Part shown: positions 63,407 to 64,000 of the stretch, piece by piece
How the letters are laid out: each line of letters begins with the position of its first letter
Numbering within the stretch: position 1 is the stretch's first letter
NCBI GenBank assembly: GCA_964653635.1
Contig: CAZZGZ010000001.1
Span: 9,986 to 73,985, forward strand
Origin: an uncultured Lachnospiraceae bacterium
GTDB lineage: Bacteria > Bacillota > Clostridia > Christensenellales > UBA1242
Reading direction: 5' to 3'
Length of the DNA stretch: 64,000 nucleotides
Notes under the pieces: generated by a model
Databases searched by the model: none
What the model was told of the DNA's origin: nothing
Seen by the model: the letters and a program-made list of their open reading frames with translations, nothing else
Made by a program: the position numbers and the translations under genes

Positions 63407-64000
63407 TTACACACGCTTTTTTATATTACGTTTGAAATAGCCCATTATTCCACGATATTTGAATGTACAATCAAATATTTTCTTTGTACCATCATGTATG
63501 TTTTCAGATAGCAAGGTAAAAGCCCTGGCACTTTCCTTTGTAGCAAGAATAACTCCCGTCGCACTTGTACTACTAACCTCATCATCCTCTGGAATAACTC
63601 CCAAAAGTGGCACTCCTAATGCGTGAACTATACTTTCTATTTCAGGCATTTGCCCTGATAACAACATGTCTCCTCTCATTCTGTTTATAACCAATCCAAT
63701 ACTATCAAGTTTGTACGATTTTAATAAAGAAACAACCTTATCTGCATCCTTTAATGAAGACATATGAGGAGTCACAACAACGATTGCTTCTGTAGCTGGA
63801 ATTACTGCTCGTGCAAAGCCCTCATCAACTCCTGCGGGGCAATCTATTAAAATGTAATCGAATGAATGATCTAAATTGTCGACAATTTGCTTTATATTTT
63901 CTCCCGTAATTTTTATTCCCACACATCCACTACTAGAAGCAAGAATAAAAAGAGATGGAATATTACGCACCTGCACAATGGCTTGTCTTGCCCTACATTT
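63407..64000 (-). CDS. minD: Septum site-determining ATPase MinD, C-terminal part (gene runs off the window end)
   Basis: The frame stays open to base 64000. ..YILIDCPAGVDEGFARAVIPATEAIVVVTPHMSSLKDADKV..GLVINRMR.. and a C-terminal amphipathic helix (GYFKRNIKKR) are present. Confidence 0.85.
   Translation of the reverse strand, partial: KCRARQAIVQVRNIPSLFILASSSGCVGIKITGENIKQIVDNLDHSFDYILIDCPAGVDEGFARAVIPATEAIVVVTPHMSSLKDADKVVSLLKSYKLDSIGLVINRMRGDMLLSGQMPEIESIVHALGVPLLGVIPEDDEVSSTSATGVILATKESARAFTLLSENIHDGTKKIFDCTFKYRGIMGYFKRNIKKRV

Noticed and set aside
1-64000. Alternative genetic code (UGA as Trp, as in Mollicutes-like low-GC lineages)
   Set aside because: Long ORFs terminate cleanly at TGA (for example the SH3b gene at 24697-24699). 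Trp is encoded by TGG, and no conserved protein requires TGA read-through.

Overview
Low-GC (about 30% by eye) chromosomal segment that looks like a Clostridia-type member of the Bacillota. It uses the standard bacterial code: TGA is used as a stop and TGG as Trp. About 90% of genes are on the minus strand. Most of the window is core housekeeping. In order: an McsA-like mini-ORF with mcsB and the start of clpC; tex; a Y-family polymerase; rimP-nusA-ylxR-ylxQ-infB preceded by a truncated PolC-like gene; hpf; a SigK-like pro-sigma factor; a vanZ-degV-HIT/RNase H operon; an unknown-rarA-acyltransferase-like operon; truA; PFOR; acpS-recX-yigZ-tyrS; secDF; a mazF module; feoAB; nrdR; tkt; a patatin-like lipase; secG-rnr-smpB-ssrA; a Ca-type P-type ATPase; aspS-gatCAB; yunB; minDE. 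Two RNA genes are recognisable, RNase P RNA (about 29255-29601, minus) and tmRNA (50275-50659, minus). I saw no rRNA, tRNA, CRISPR array, IS element or integrase. The only accessory-looking patch is about 19.7-25.7 kb: a GLUG-repeat surface protein, an orphan intact phage terminase large subunit, an SH3b membrane protein, a sigma-region-4-like regulator and a 484-bp non-coding gap. The most interesting observations: (1) an Asn/Asp-codon-rich mini-ORF plus intrinsic terminator in the leader of aspS-gatCAB, a possible peptide-mediated attenuator where a T-box would be expected; (2) a 519-aa PolC-like protein (N-domain, OB fold, exonuclease) with no PHP or polymerase domains at the syntenic polC position; (3) a HIT-RNase HI fusion; (4) a monocistronic orphan TerL; (5) a DAC-fold protein with an altered RHR motif; (6) several enzyme-like proteins whose catalytic motifs appear lost. 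All homology calls come from motif recognition by eye, not from database searches.
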